NCBI GenBank assembly: GCA_043228905.1
Contig: JBHGNT010000013.1
Coordinates: forward strand, 18,600,001 to 18,664,000
Direction: 5' to 3'
Length of the DNA stretch: 64,000 bases
From: Azolla caroliniana
Taxonomy: Eukaryota > Plantae > Polypodiophyta
The translations under genes and the position numbers were made by a program. A model generated the notes under the pieces. That model was not told where the DNA came from, did no database searches, and worked only from the letters and a program-made list of their open reading frames with translations. Below, in pieces: positions 35,599-46,679 of this stretch (its first letter is position 1; each line of letters opens with the position of its first letter).

Positions 35599-37746
35599 TC
35601 AATTAGATTCCTCCATGTCTTCATTATCATCCGGCCTATTATGTTCATCATCGAGGTAATCGAGGTCAGGATCCTTGTCTGGTCTTTTCTTGAAAATCTT
35701 TACTCTTTTTCCCACAATGGGTACGACCAACCTTGATCCGTCTAGTTCCGCAAGGTGGTATGTGGCATTATCGTTGGCACTTGTCACCACATACGGCCCG
35801 AACCATCTTCTTGCGAACTTCCTTGTTGTACTGTGATGATTGTCAAGGGTGTTGTCGTAAACCAAAACCCAATCCCCTTCTTCAATCTTCTTGGGACGAA
35901 GTCTATGCGTGTTGTCGAACCAAACTTTGTTCTTTACTCGGGTTGCCTTCATCATCTTTCGCGCTTTTTCTAAATCTTCAGGTCTTCTTTCAAGTTGCCT
36001 TATCCGCGCCGCTAATAACTCTTCTCGGCTCATCTTGTTCTCCCACGGTATCGCTACCCATGAGGCGATCGTCCTTTCGATGGGCATAATCGGCTTTTGT
36101 CCATACATAAGCTCCGTCGGCATATACCCAGTCACCGAGCTATGTGTCGTTCTATCAGCCCACAAGGCATAGGGTAATAGTCGTGGCCAATTCCCGACTC
36201 GACCGTTGCATGCCCGTACGATGGCTTTAACGATAGGTCCATGCCCTCGCTCGATCTTCCCATTTGCTTCCGGATTGTAGGCAGTCGTGAGGGAGAGCTT
36301 CACGCCTAGTCTTTCGAAGAGCTCCGTCGCTTCGTGCGCATCCAACTCCCCTCGGTCGGCCACTATCTTCCCTACACATCCATATCGGCAAACAACATCT
36401 TCAAGTAAAAATTTACAAACAGCTGAAGTCGTCTTATTTGTCAAGGCTCGTCGTTCCACTTGATTTGTCAAGTCTTCCCTTGCCAGCGCTAAGTACTTCA
36501 TTTGTCCCACTCCCATTGGCATCGAGACCAGATCCACCATCCATTTGAAGTGAATGGTGAGTGGGTATGTCGGCTTTAACTCATCACGATGATGTATATT
36601 TGAATATATTTGGCAAGTTTCACATGTGGACACGAAATGGAGTACATCTTTGTACATGTTTGGCCACCAGTACTTCTCCTTCAATTTTTCGAACGTCGCC
36701 CATGTTCCTCTATGACCTGCCCAAGCACTCTCGTGGAATTCGGTCATTAGCGTCTCTTGCTCTTCTTTCTTTACCACCACTCGACGTGGTATTCCTGTCC
36801 TTCTTTTTGGATGTCGCCAAAGGAATCCTCCCTTCAAGAAGTATCGGTAAGATTTCTTTCAGATTCGTAGGGCCTCCTCCTTTGTCAACGAAGCATCTGT
36901 CGTCAATGTTCTTAGGAATCTACCGATGAGTAACCATTCTCCTTCATACTCGTACTCGTTGAAGGCGTGGAGGGTTTGCGTGTCCTCGTCTTCCGCCGAC
37001 AATCGAGCCATCTTGAAGAAGTCGAGAGCGACATCTTCATCTTCCGAAACCATGTTACTTCCATTTGAAAATCTTGCCCTCGACAGCATGTCAGCCATGG
37101 CGTTCTTCTTCCCTGCGATGTGACGGATCTCTGGGTTTAAAGACTTGATGTAGGCGATCCACCTTAGCATAGCAAGATCTGGGGTTGCACATCCCGAGAC
37201 CATTCCGAGAATTGGGAGACAATCTGTCTCTATTATCACTTCTGACCCGATCAGGTAATCTTTGTCCGTCTTCACTGCCGACACAATACCCCAAAGTTCC
37301 CGCTTGACTTGGGCATATCTTTGTTGCCGTTCGCTGAGAACCTTTGCTCCGAACCGGACGGCATATCGCGCATTATCTTCACCTTCTTGATTGATGACCC
37401 ACCCGATTCCGATTGGGCTCGTATCTACGGTCACGTAAATTGGTTTCCCTTCGGCATAGTCGGCCTTCCTTAGTGCCGAAGCTTCAAGAAGCAGTTTCTT
37501 TAATCTTCGCATCGCCTCTGTGTGCTCGTCTCGCCATTCGAACTTTATTCTTTTCTTTAGTAGTCCATATAACGGTTCGGCGACATGAGCATAGTGAGGA
37601 ATCCATATATGATAAAACGTGCACGCTCCAAGGAACCTTCGAACCTCCGTTTGGTTTTCGCATTCTTCTTTCATGTCTTGGATTGCGTTCACTTTGGATG
37701 GCGAGGGCTTCCGGCCGTATGCTCCACACAAGTGACCTACCACCAA
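35599..37746 (-). pseudogene. pol: Gypsy pol remnant: RT thumb/connection, RNase H and integrase (no chromodomain)
   Basis: VRRFLG; YVTVDTSPIGIG...RYAQVKRELWG...IETDCLP...NAMADMLSR; HxxxxxGHRG...CETCQ; TAYNPEANGKIE; WFGPY; acidic tail, then stop. Confidence 0.92.
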
Positions 37747-38270
37747 GTCTTGTCCTCTTCAAGCAACACTTGGTCCGTATTGGGGAGACGACTAAACATC
37801 TGGTCGAATTCGTCGTACACCCTCAAGACGCTCATCTTCTTATTCTTCTTCTCTATCCACTTCATCAGGGCATGTCGAGTCATCCTCGTTGAGTCTTCAG
37901 TCACGAACTCCGCTAGTATCGTTTTCTCGAACTCGGACCATGTTGTCTTACCTTCTTGAAGCTCGATGACGCGTCTTTGGATGTTGTTGGCGACAACTCT
38001 CTTGAAGCTTGCAATTTGACGTGCCTCGGACACGTCCCTCTGATTCATCTCCCTTCTATATGCATCAAGGAACTTCGTAACGTTCCTTCCATCAAATTTG
38101 GCCCTCGAGCTCTACGACACGATCGACAGCCTTCTCCACGCTCGCGTCGTTGTCCCGAGATCTCATCATTTGCTCGACGATTAGCATCATCCTTTCGAGC
38201 TCTCCTGCTTGGTTGCTTGAGGACGCCATCTCCAAGTATTAATCTCGACTTGATCCTTCCTACCACCTCT
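37737..38270 (-). pseudogene. gag: 5' part of gag of the middle element
   Basis: Homologous to the N-terminus of the 40451 ORF (QIASFKRVV...TWSEFEKTI vs QVTSFNRVA...TWGSFEEAL); abuts RT sequence at ~37746. Confidence 0.75.
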
Positions 38271-39646
38271 TTCACGTCGGGTTCACCACTTAATTATGTC
38301 GTGAAGATCCGTCACTACGCGCAGATCGTGAGGCGGAACCGCCGGGGTTCTGGACCAGAAGGATTTAGAGTCGATACAAGCTTTGGTGAGAAAGTACTTA
38401 AGATAGATTGGGAAAGAGAGAAGATGATATTACACGATCAATTTGATAACGAATTTCTTCCTCTTAATTTTCATAAAAAAAACTGTGTCTTTTCTCCTCC
38501 CCCTTCCCTCTTTTATAGATGCTCTCATGCATATGATGCATGTGAGGGTACAAGACATGCATAAATTGCATGTTTGCCATTTGGCGCTTATGTATTACAT
38601 GTGGTGCATGATAACCATGTCACTCATTTTAGCTCTCATGTATGAGAATTTACATGTAAAAGTACAATGATAGAAATATAATTTCAACTAAATAGCATGG
38701 CTTAATGGTAAGCCAATTGTTTGCCATTTGGCGCTTATGTATTACATGTGGTGCATGATAACCATGTCGCTCATTTTAGCTCTCATGTATGAGAATTTAC
38801 ATGTAAAAGTACAATGATAGAAATATAATTTCAACTAAATAGCATGGCTTAATGGTAAGCCAATTGACTCTTAACTTGGAGGTGCAAGGTTCGAATCCTT
38901 TTTTGCCCTCCTTGTATATGTAAATATGTATATATATTTATATATTTATTTATCTAGTCGTCGGACGCCGGTTCGCCGGATACCATCGCTGGATGCCATT
39001 AGTTACCGGTGCCGCCGCCGGATGCCATCGACGGATACCGGTGCTGCCGTCGGTTACCGGTGCCATCGCCGGATGCCGGATGCCGTCGGTTACCGGTGCC
39101 TCGCCGGATGCCGTCGGTTACCGGTGCCTCGCCGGATACCGGTCCCGGATGCCGTCGGATCACCGTCGCCGGATTGCCGTCGGATGCCGCCGGATCACCG
39201 GCTCCATCGTCGGTCCGGTTTTGGTTAGCCAAAACCCTTTACGAGTAGCTAGCCCACCTCCACTCTTAGTTCAAGTTACCTTGAACTCTCTATGTTCCAC
39301 ACATAGACACAAAGATAACATCTTTTGCTCCACGTTATATATGATGAGAGTTGTATTTGTCATGCCTATGTGGGATATCTCACAATTTTCTCATTTCCTT
39401 TTACAAACTTTATACCCTCATATCTTGACATTTAGTTGTCTGTTTCTCGTGTAATAAAGTGCATTCGAAACCTCCATCATTTTGTACTCAGATATTAAAT
39501 CTATTTAAAATGTTATCTTCACAATTATTGTACTACGTGATTCATACTCGATTTCGTACGTTGTCGTAGTGTAGGTTGCACACTATGTGGAAATTATATT
39601 TTTGTCCCTCCGAATAGAGAATGGAGTGCTCGGTGAGAACCGGAAG

Positions 39647-39762
39647 AAAACGGCATACCGGCAAGGAGGAAAACGGCATACCGGTAAGGAAGAAAATGGC
39701 ATACCGGCAAGGAGGAAAACGGCATACCGGCAAGGAAGAAAACGGCATACCGGCAAGGAAGA
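39647..39762. repeat. 23-bp tandem repeat in the LTR (5 copies; 4 copies at ~42501-42592)
   Basis: Unit AAAACGGCATACCGGCAAGGARG. Confidence 0.9.
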
Positions 39763-40450
39763 GCCGGATAAAGAGACATAAATGTAAAAAGAAAAGGAAA
39801 TACTCACTACTGCGCAGGGCGTGATTCAAACTCTGCACCTCCACGTTGACAAACCCCAACCTTACCATTACATTAACTTATCTTAAGTGTTTTAAATATA
39901 GATTTAATACGTATAAGACCTTTATTTATGCATACCTTTATTAAAAGGTAAATCGTGTATTTTTTTAATATATGAAAAAGAAAAAAAAAAAAAAAAACAC
40001 GAGACACTAAAAATAACTCATGCACATCTAGCGTGCATGAGCCCTATACTTAGGAAATAAAAAAGCATCACATGCACATTTAGTGGACATGAAAAAAAGC
40101 ATGAAGCCATGCTTAGCTCTTCCTTCCTTATATAAGGAGGAGAGAAATATATAAAGGGTTGTTGATTATTTGGATTAAGTATTAATCAATACAAAAATTA
40201 TTCGTGGGATTCACGATTTATACATCTACTTCTCTCTTAACACCCTAAGTACCAATTAATATAGTATACTCGTGTGATTCACGAGTTTCTTATCTTTCTC
40301 TTTGCTATTTACTCATAATTAATCTCTATCTCACGAACTTCTTTCTCCTAGTCCAAGACCTCTGTGGTTCCCACCCGACTCACGCAACGATCCGGAGCCG
40401 AAAGGCACGACACAGTTGGTGAACCCGACGTGAAGGCGGGTGGCAAGGAG

Positions 40451-42490
40451 ATGGAGAATCAACAAGAGGCAATGAGCATAACGATGATGATGATGTTCGA
40501 GCGGATGCTACAAGAACAACGAGTGATGTCGGAGATCACGGGGGCAGTAAAGCGGCTCGTACAACGAAACAGACAATTCAACGGAAACGATGTGTCACGC
40601 TATCTACGTGACTACAAGGCGGAGATGATACGATGTGGGATACCGGAAGGATTGCAAGTGACATCCTTCAATCGGGTGGCCACGGATGAGCTACAAGAGA
40701 GAATCCACAAGATACGGCAACAAAACTCGACATGGGGGTCATTCGAAGAAGCTTTACGAGAGGCATATGATTACAAGAGATCAAAGGGACAAGATCGGCG
40801 AAAATTCGACGAATGGGTGGCATCGGAGAAGACCCACCGAAGTGCAACACAAGCATTCCTAGAGTTCAAGCATCGTCTTGCTCAACTCTCGGAGCGGGAA
40901 CAACGGTTGGTGGGGGAGGATAAAGTCCTAATGTTCGTAAAATCGATCGATCGAAAAGAAAGGATGGACATCGGGATCGAACTCGAAGACGATGACGGTA
41001 CGAATGGTCTTACCGAAAATTGGGCCGAAGTCCAAAGGGTATGCCGGAGACATGATGAGAGGAAGATGAGAATCTTGTCAACAACATGGCCGATGAAGGA
41101 TGGTCGATTGAAGATAAATGATGGAGCCGATATGAAGGCCGAAATACAACATGATGGTCCGACGGAAGAGGGTGTAAAACAAGCTACCCTCTTGTCTTGC
41201 GAAAGAACAACGACGAAGGATAAGGCCGATAACCCAAGTGTAGAAGAAGATTTCAGAATACAAGTGTCCGAAACATCGGGTGAAAAAGGGGTAATCATAA
41301 TTGACGCAGTGAAAGAGAGCAAAGAGGACTTGATTGAGGAGGTCGCCACGAAAGATGACATCGAATCGAAGGTGGCTATGGACGAATCAACGACGGATGG
41401 CCATATCGAGACTTCCCCACCACTGATTCTAGAGACTCCGGCGGTTGCGTTCGAAAGGCAACGTGAGACCGAAGAGACGGAAGGTGGCGGAGAGAAATCA
41501 AAGGTTGAAGCTGATGCGTATGACGGAGAGATAGCCGAGAATATGGCTATGGGTGAAACAACGGAGGATGATAATACCGAGGATTCCTGCCCACTAATCC
41601 TAGAGACTTCGGCGGTTGTGTCCGAGAACCAACGTGAGACCGGAGAGACGGGAGGTGGCAGCAAGAAAGGTAAAGTCGGAAGCCGGTTCGGATGGAAGGT
41701 GATCCGGACGGGATTCCGATCCGAAAGAAAGCCGAACCGGGTAAAAGAGGATTCGACCGAAAGACGATACAAACGAAAGCCGAACCTGGCAAATGAGGAT
41801 TCAGCCGAAAGACGACCCGAAAGAAAGCCGACCCGAAAAGGGGTCGACTCGGTCAAAACCGATCGACTGAGTCTGACTTGGCCGAACGCGAATATGGATG
41901 GAGGCCGACCTAGCCGAAAGCCGATCGGACGAGACCGATCCGGAAAGAAGCTAATCCGACTCAACCGGAGGTTGGACCGGTCGAGGCTGGTGAAAACGAG
42001 GAAAAGAAAGCCAACCGAAACCGAAACCGATAGATCGAAACCGGGCCGGAAGGAGACCGACTCAATCGAAACCGAACAACCGATTCCGATTCGGCCGAAT
42101 ACGAATCCGATCGGAAGCCGATCAAACCGAAAGTCGATCGGACGAGAGCGATCCGGAAAAAAGTCAAGGTTGATGAAGACAAGAAAGAGGCCAGTAAAAG
42201 ACACTACCACGAATGACAAGGGCCAAGAATATGATGAGAGAGAACAAAGAATATGGTGGATCGGATGGCGACAATGGTTCGCGTGGAAAGAATGGGTCTA
42301 CTCAAAATGGAGAGACAAAGTTGACATAGCGGGACAAACGGAGGATGAAGGGGAGACAACGAGCATCGGCAACTTCGGCACATACCGGAGGATGTGCGGG
42401 TTTGGAGGGGGCGAGTGTCGTAGTGTAGGTTGCACACTATGTGGAAATTATATTTTTGTCCCTCCGGATAGAGAATGGAGTGCTCGGTGA
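40451..42490 (+). CDS. Uninterrupted ~679-aa gag-derived protein (gag N-terminus, acidic middle, K/R-rich repeats, Trp-rich motif); reads into the 3' LTR
   Basis: FNGNDVSRYLRDYKAEM gag-like start; no pol motifs; WWIGWRQWFAWKEWVYSKW motif shared with the 31489 ORF. Confidence 0.72.
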   Translation: MENQQEAMSITMMMMFERMLQEQRVMSEITGAVKRLVQRNRQFNGNDVSRYLRDYKAEMIRCGIPEGLQVTSFNRVATDELQERIHKIRQQNSTWGSFEEALREAYDYKRSKGQDRRKFDEWVASEKTHRSATQAFLEFKHRLAQLSEREQRLVGEDKVLMFVKSIDRKERMDIGIELEDDDGTNGLTENWAEVQRVCRRHDERKMRILSTTWPMKDGRLKINDGADMKAEIQHDGPTEEGVKQATLLSCERTTTKDKADNPSVEEDFRIQVSETSGEKGVIIIDAVKESKEDLIEEVATKDDIESKVAMDESTTDGHIETSPPLILETPAVAFERQRETEETEGGGEKSKVEADAYDGEIAENMAMGETTEDDNTEDSCPLILETSAVVSENQRETGETGGGSKKGKVGSRFGWKVIRTGFRSERKPNRVKEDSTERRYKRKPNLANEDSAERRPERKPTRKGVDSVKTDRLSLTWPNANMDGGRPSRKPIGRDRSGKKLIRLNRRLDRSRLVKTRKRKPTETETDRSKPGRKETDSIETEQPIPIRPNTNPIGSRSNRKSIGRERSGKKSRLMKTRKRPVKDTTTNDKGQEYDEREQRIWWIGWRQWFAWKEWVYSKWRDKVDIAGQTEDEGETTSIGNFGTYRRMCGFGGGECRSVGCTLCGNYIFVPPDREWSAR

Positions 42491-45400
42491 GAACCGGAAG
42501 AAAACGGCATACCGGCAAGGAGGAAAACGGCATACCGGCAAGGAGGAAAACGGCATACCGGCAAGGAAGAAAACGGCATACCGGCAAGGAAGAGCCGGAT
42601 AAAGAGACATAAATGTAAAAAAAAGGAAATACTCACTACTACGCAAGGCATGATTCAAACTCTGCACCTCCACGTAGCCAAACCTCAACTTTACCATTAT
42701 GCTACCTTATCTTTAGTGTTCCATAAATAGATTTAATAACTATAAGTGCTTTATTTGCGCCTACCTTTATTAAAAGGTAAATCATGTATTTTTAGAGTGC
42801 GTGAATATTTTATAGAAAAACACAAGCAACTAAAAAGTGACTCATGCACATCTAGCGTGCATGAGCACTATATTTAGCAAATAAAAGCAAGGATTAGAAA
42901 AGCATCACATGCACATTTAGTGTGCATGAACATATTAGAAAAAAGCATGTAGCTATGCTTAGTCTCTCCCATTACTATATAAGGATGGGGAGCACATTGT
43001 AGTTTTTGTTGATTATTTTTCTATAATGATCAATCAATCTAAAATATTCGTGGGATTCACGAATTTGCTAAAATAATTCTCTCTTACTACCTAAATATTG
43101 ACTAAATATACTAAACTCGTGGGATTCACGAGATTCTTATCTTATAACTCTTTATACCTATTCTTTACTAGCCTTATTTGTATTTTTCTTTCTCCTAGTC
43201 CAAGACCTCGGTGGTTCCCACCCGACTCACGCAAACGATCCGGAGCCGAAAGGCACGACAACGTTTTATGGGATTTTCACACTATTGCCGAAAATCTTCA
43301 TGACAACGAGCGGAAACCCGAGCAACGAGAGCCAAAGAGCGATGTGCAACGTTGCACACGTACATAATGTATTTGTAATAATAATAGGGGAAAAGGGTAT
43401 GGTGCTAGAAATGCCCATAAGATCCCTAAGGTATAAAGGCGATGTGGTCTTGTGCGCACATCCACGCGAGATAGAGAGAGAGGTACTATGCGGTACATAG
43501 GTACCTAGTTGTTTGTGAGGATGTGGGAGTTAAGGGGCCATCAATCTCACCCTCCCCAAATCAAGGCAAATACCCCCTTTGAATGAAAGGGGATATTTTA
43601 GTCTCGTTTTTGTAAACGGTCTTCCCTCCTTGTGCTATAAAAGGAGAGGGAAGGCACCATTGTGAGGGTTGCCTATTTTGAGTGTGCGAGGTATATCACA
43701 TAAGTCGAGCGTTAGGGTTAGGGTTAGGGTTTCTTGATCTTTATCTTCATCTTCGTCGGTTAGGGTTTCGAGTAGTCGTTGGGTGCGGCCTATGCGGCCA
43801 CCATTTTGTAATCGTTCATTTCGTTTTAATACATCTTGTTGATCATCTTGTCTCCATCTTCCTCTTGTTCGATCTAATCTCTTGTTCATTCTTCTTCTTC
43901 TTGAGCAAAGCTTCCATTTCATGTCCAATTCCTTCTCCTCTACTCCTTAGTCCAAGACCCCCGTGGTCCCGCCCTTCTCCACGCACGCGCGTAGCAACGT
44001 GATACCGCTTCGGCCCAATAGAACTTGGGCATGCTCTTCTCCTCAAGCATTGCCCATGTCACATCGATGATTGACTGGTTCTTCCTTTCGGCCACACCAT
44101 TTTGTTCCGGTGTGTATTGACAGTTGAATTCTCTCCGAATTCCTTTCTACTGCAGATAACTGTAGAATTGCCCGGGAAATATTTTTTCCCGACATCCAAC
44201 CGCATGCACTTGATCTTCCTCTCCGTTTCCCATTCGACAAGACTTTGCAGGTTCCGAAAATAGTTGAAGACTTCACTTTTCTTCTCGATGAGGTAGATTC
44301 ATGTGTGTCGGCTATAGTTGTCGATGAAGGAGATGAAGTATCAGCTCCCGCCAAGACTAATGTTCTGTGTCGGTCCCCGTACATCCGAATGTATTAGATC
44401 GAGCTTGTTACGGATCCAGTTTCTTTCAATGGGGAAGGGAAGTCGGTGTTGCTTCCTAAGTTGGCAGGCTTCACAAATGTGGGCCTTCCGGCCACTAAAT
44501 TTCGGGAATCCGAAAACAACTTGTTTCGATTGCAGGTCCTGAAGCCTCCGGTAGTTGATGTACCCAATCCGCTTGTGCCACAGTTCGATGTCCGATTTGA
44601 CCTTATGTCCTTTCGCGAACATGGTGGTGCCGACGTCATTGGTGTCGAGGATAAACATCCTCCCGTCCCGGCGCCTTTGCGCAATTATCCGGCCTTCGTC
44701 CTCGATGAAGCACCCAAGGTGCGTAATACACACCTGCATCCCTTGGTCAACAATGTGCCTGACCGACACCAGATTCTTTGTGATTGTCAGAACATGTAGT
44801 ATGTTCAATAGCTTTCCCTTTTGTTCAACATGGCTTAAAGGGACTTCTTTGATATGCACAATTGGGTGAGGAGTGTTGTCTCCAGTTTCGACAACTCCAT
44901 GTTGCTCCCGCTTTTCCAGAAACGAGAACTAGTATTTGTGGCTCGTCATGTTGTTTGATGCTCCGGAGTCAACATACCACACTTCCTCCGTTCCAGAAGT
45001 GGTTCTCTTCATCGAGTTCTCCGTGTGCTTCATCACGAAGGTTGGCCCTTTTTTGGTCTTACCAGATCCGGATTTATCCGAACCAACACGCTTCTTCCAA
45101 CACTCGCTCTCTCGGTGGCCTTTCTTGCCACATTACCAACATTCCATATTGGCTTTTGATTTCCGGTTTCCGGCATCGTTTTGACTCCCCCTGCTAGTGG
45201 AGGGTCCGGGACTGTTGTCGGCACTATCTTTGTGCCTCCAGTTCTGCTCTTGTCGGTTGCATGCATTGCGTGCCGATTGACCTCGTCCTCCACGCCCACG
45301 GGGCCGATCTGCCCCCGTGTACAACATATGGTTGTTAGATTGAGTGGTCCTTGACCCACTCATGTGGTTTTCTTCGACCATCTGCATAGATTGTAGGTTG

Positions 45401-46233
45401 AAGAAGGACAGTGGTTTCTCCCGAGTGAGGATAGCGGTCTAAATGGGCCCGTACCTTTGAGCCAGACCACCGAGGCCGATTTGCACCATTTCATCCTCAT
45501 TTATTGTGACATCAATGGACCTTAATGCGTCGCAAATCTCCTTTATCTTCACGGTGTAGTCTGAAATTGACATCCTTTTGTCGTATATTGTTCAGTTCCT
45601 GCCGAAGCTATAGCTTTCGGGTTGAGGTACTTGTGGCGAAAATCATTTTCAGATTTCCCAAGCCTGTTTCGACGTCTTAACATCTCTAATGTAGTCAATC
45701 ATCTGCTCGTACATGGAGAACACAAGGCAATATAAAACTCTACTTGTTCCTTGTTCCCATGCCGGGAACTCCTTTTGTGACGACTCCGGTGCTATTTCAT
45801 TTGCACCCTCAACATAACTCCAGTATCCATGCCCGAGCAAATACTGGTGCATCTTGTACGACCAAGATGCATAGTTGTGTTTGTCAAGCTTCTCTGTCGG
45901 AAGCGAACTTGCCATACCTCTATCCATCTTTCGCTCTTTACCGGGTGTTAGGGTTTGTCTTCAGTAATTGCTTGTCGACTGCGGAGGTTCTCAACCTTCG
46001 CGCTCTAATACCATGTAAAAGTTAATATGCGGAAGCTTATGACAAACCGGTTTAGCCGAATAGCAACAGAGAGAGTATAGGTTTAATGGAGACCTTACAA
46101 GACATAAATAGAGAATGGGAGAGACGGAGAGGGTAGAATAGCAAAAACTATATTCAAAATAACACTCTGTACATAGAATGTGCTCAGAGAGCACTTTTAT
46201 ACAAGTCCTTATATGGACTGACAGAAGTACTGA

Positions 46234-46589
46234 CAAGTACTTCAATGCTCATATGAGCAGTTGACACTAACTACGAGGACCATGACTACCTAGTAGTCTA
46301 GAAATGTGGACCTCTAAACGACCTACCGGTACACACATGGGTTCGGCTCTCCGATCCGGCTCTTGCTTTGGGACATCAATCCGGATACGATCTAGCTCTG
46401 GCTTATCTAGCCAAGTACTTCAATGCTCATATGAGCAGTTGACACTAACTACGAGGACCATGACTACCTAGTAGTCTAGAAATGTGGACCTCTAAACGAC
46501 CTACCGGTACACACATGGGTTCGGCTCTCCGATCTGGCTCTTGCTTTGGGACATCAATCCGGATACGATCTAGCTCTGGCTTATCTAGC
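46234..46589. repeat. 178-bp tandem duplication within the Copia 5' LTR
   Basis: CAAGTACTTCAATGCTC...GGCTTATCTAGC repeated twice. Confidence 0.9.
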
Positions 46590-46679
46590 CAATCCACATC
46601 CGGTTGAGCTTGCTCACTCAACAATATCAAATGTTTAGTGTGCATGTAGAGGGACAACAAATGCTTAATTTTCCATGTA

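Larger units (their letters stand above)
39562..43260 (+). mobile_element. Inner tRNA-Trp-primed non-autonomous LTR element (TR-GAG-like)
   Basis: LTRs 39562-40412 and 42416-43260; TSD ACGT at 39558-39561 and 43261-43264; PBS at 40417-40434; PPT GGAGGGGGCGAG. Confidence 0.93.
34476..43305 (-). mobile_element. Middle tRNA-Trp-primed Ty3/Gypsy element with an internal deletion (gag C-terminus, protease and most of RT lost)
   Basis: 3' LTR 34476-35526; 5' LTR 38297-39561 plus 43265-43305. TSD ACGA at 34472-34475 and 43306-43309. PBS at 38271-38288. 12-bp terminal inverted repeat TGTCGTGAAGAT. Confidence 0.93.
30747..44004 (+). mobile_element. Outer tRNA-Trp-primed non-autonomous LTR element (TR-GAG-like)
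   Basis: 5' LTR 30747-31465; 3' LTR 34452-34475 plus 43310-44004 (~12 differences in 719 bp). TSD CCGC at 30743-30746 and 44005-44008. PBS TGGTGAACCCGACGTGAA at 31470-31487. PPT AGGTGGGGGTGGA. Confidence 0.93.
18561..46623 (-). mobile_element. Old Copia element (segments 44005-46623, 29111-30746, 18561-20160) hosting all insertions between 20161 and 44004
   Basis: 5' LTR 46014-46623 and PBS TGGTATTAGAGC at 46002-46013. Coding continuity holds across both insertions (FYWAEAV|KTTVYIQN; RHYVLS|MLFKFG). PPT and internally deleted 3' LTR at 18561-18743. Near-TSD GTATC/ATATC. Confidence 0.88.

Noticed and set aside
39647-39762. 23-bp repeats as a CRISPR array
   Set aside because: Head-to-tail units with no unique spacers, inside an LTR of a eukaryotic genome; no cas genes.
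40882-42219. 445-aa antisense ORF (and 33267-34418, 383 aa)
   Set aside because: Shadow frames of compositionally biased sense ORFs, with no recognisable motifs.
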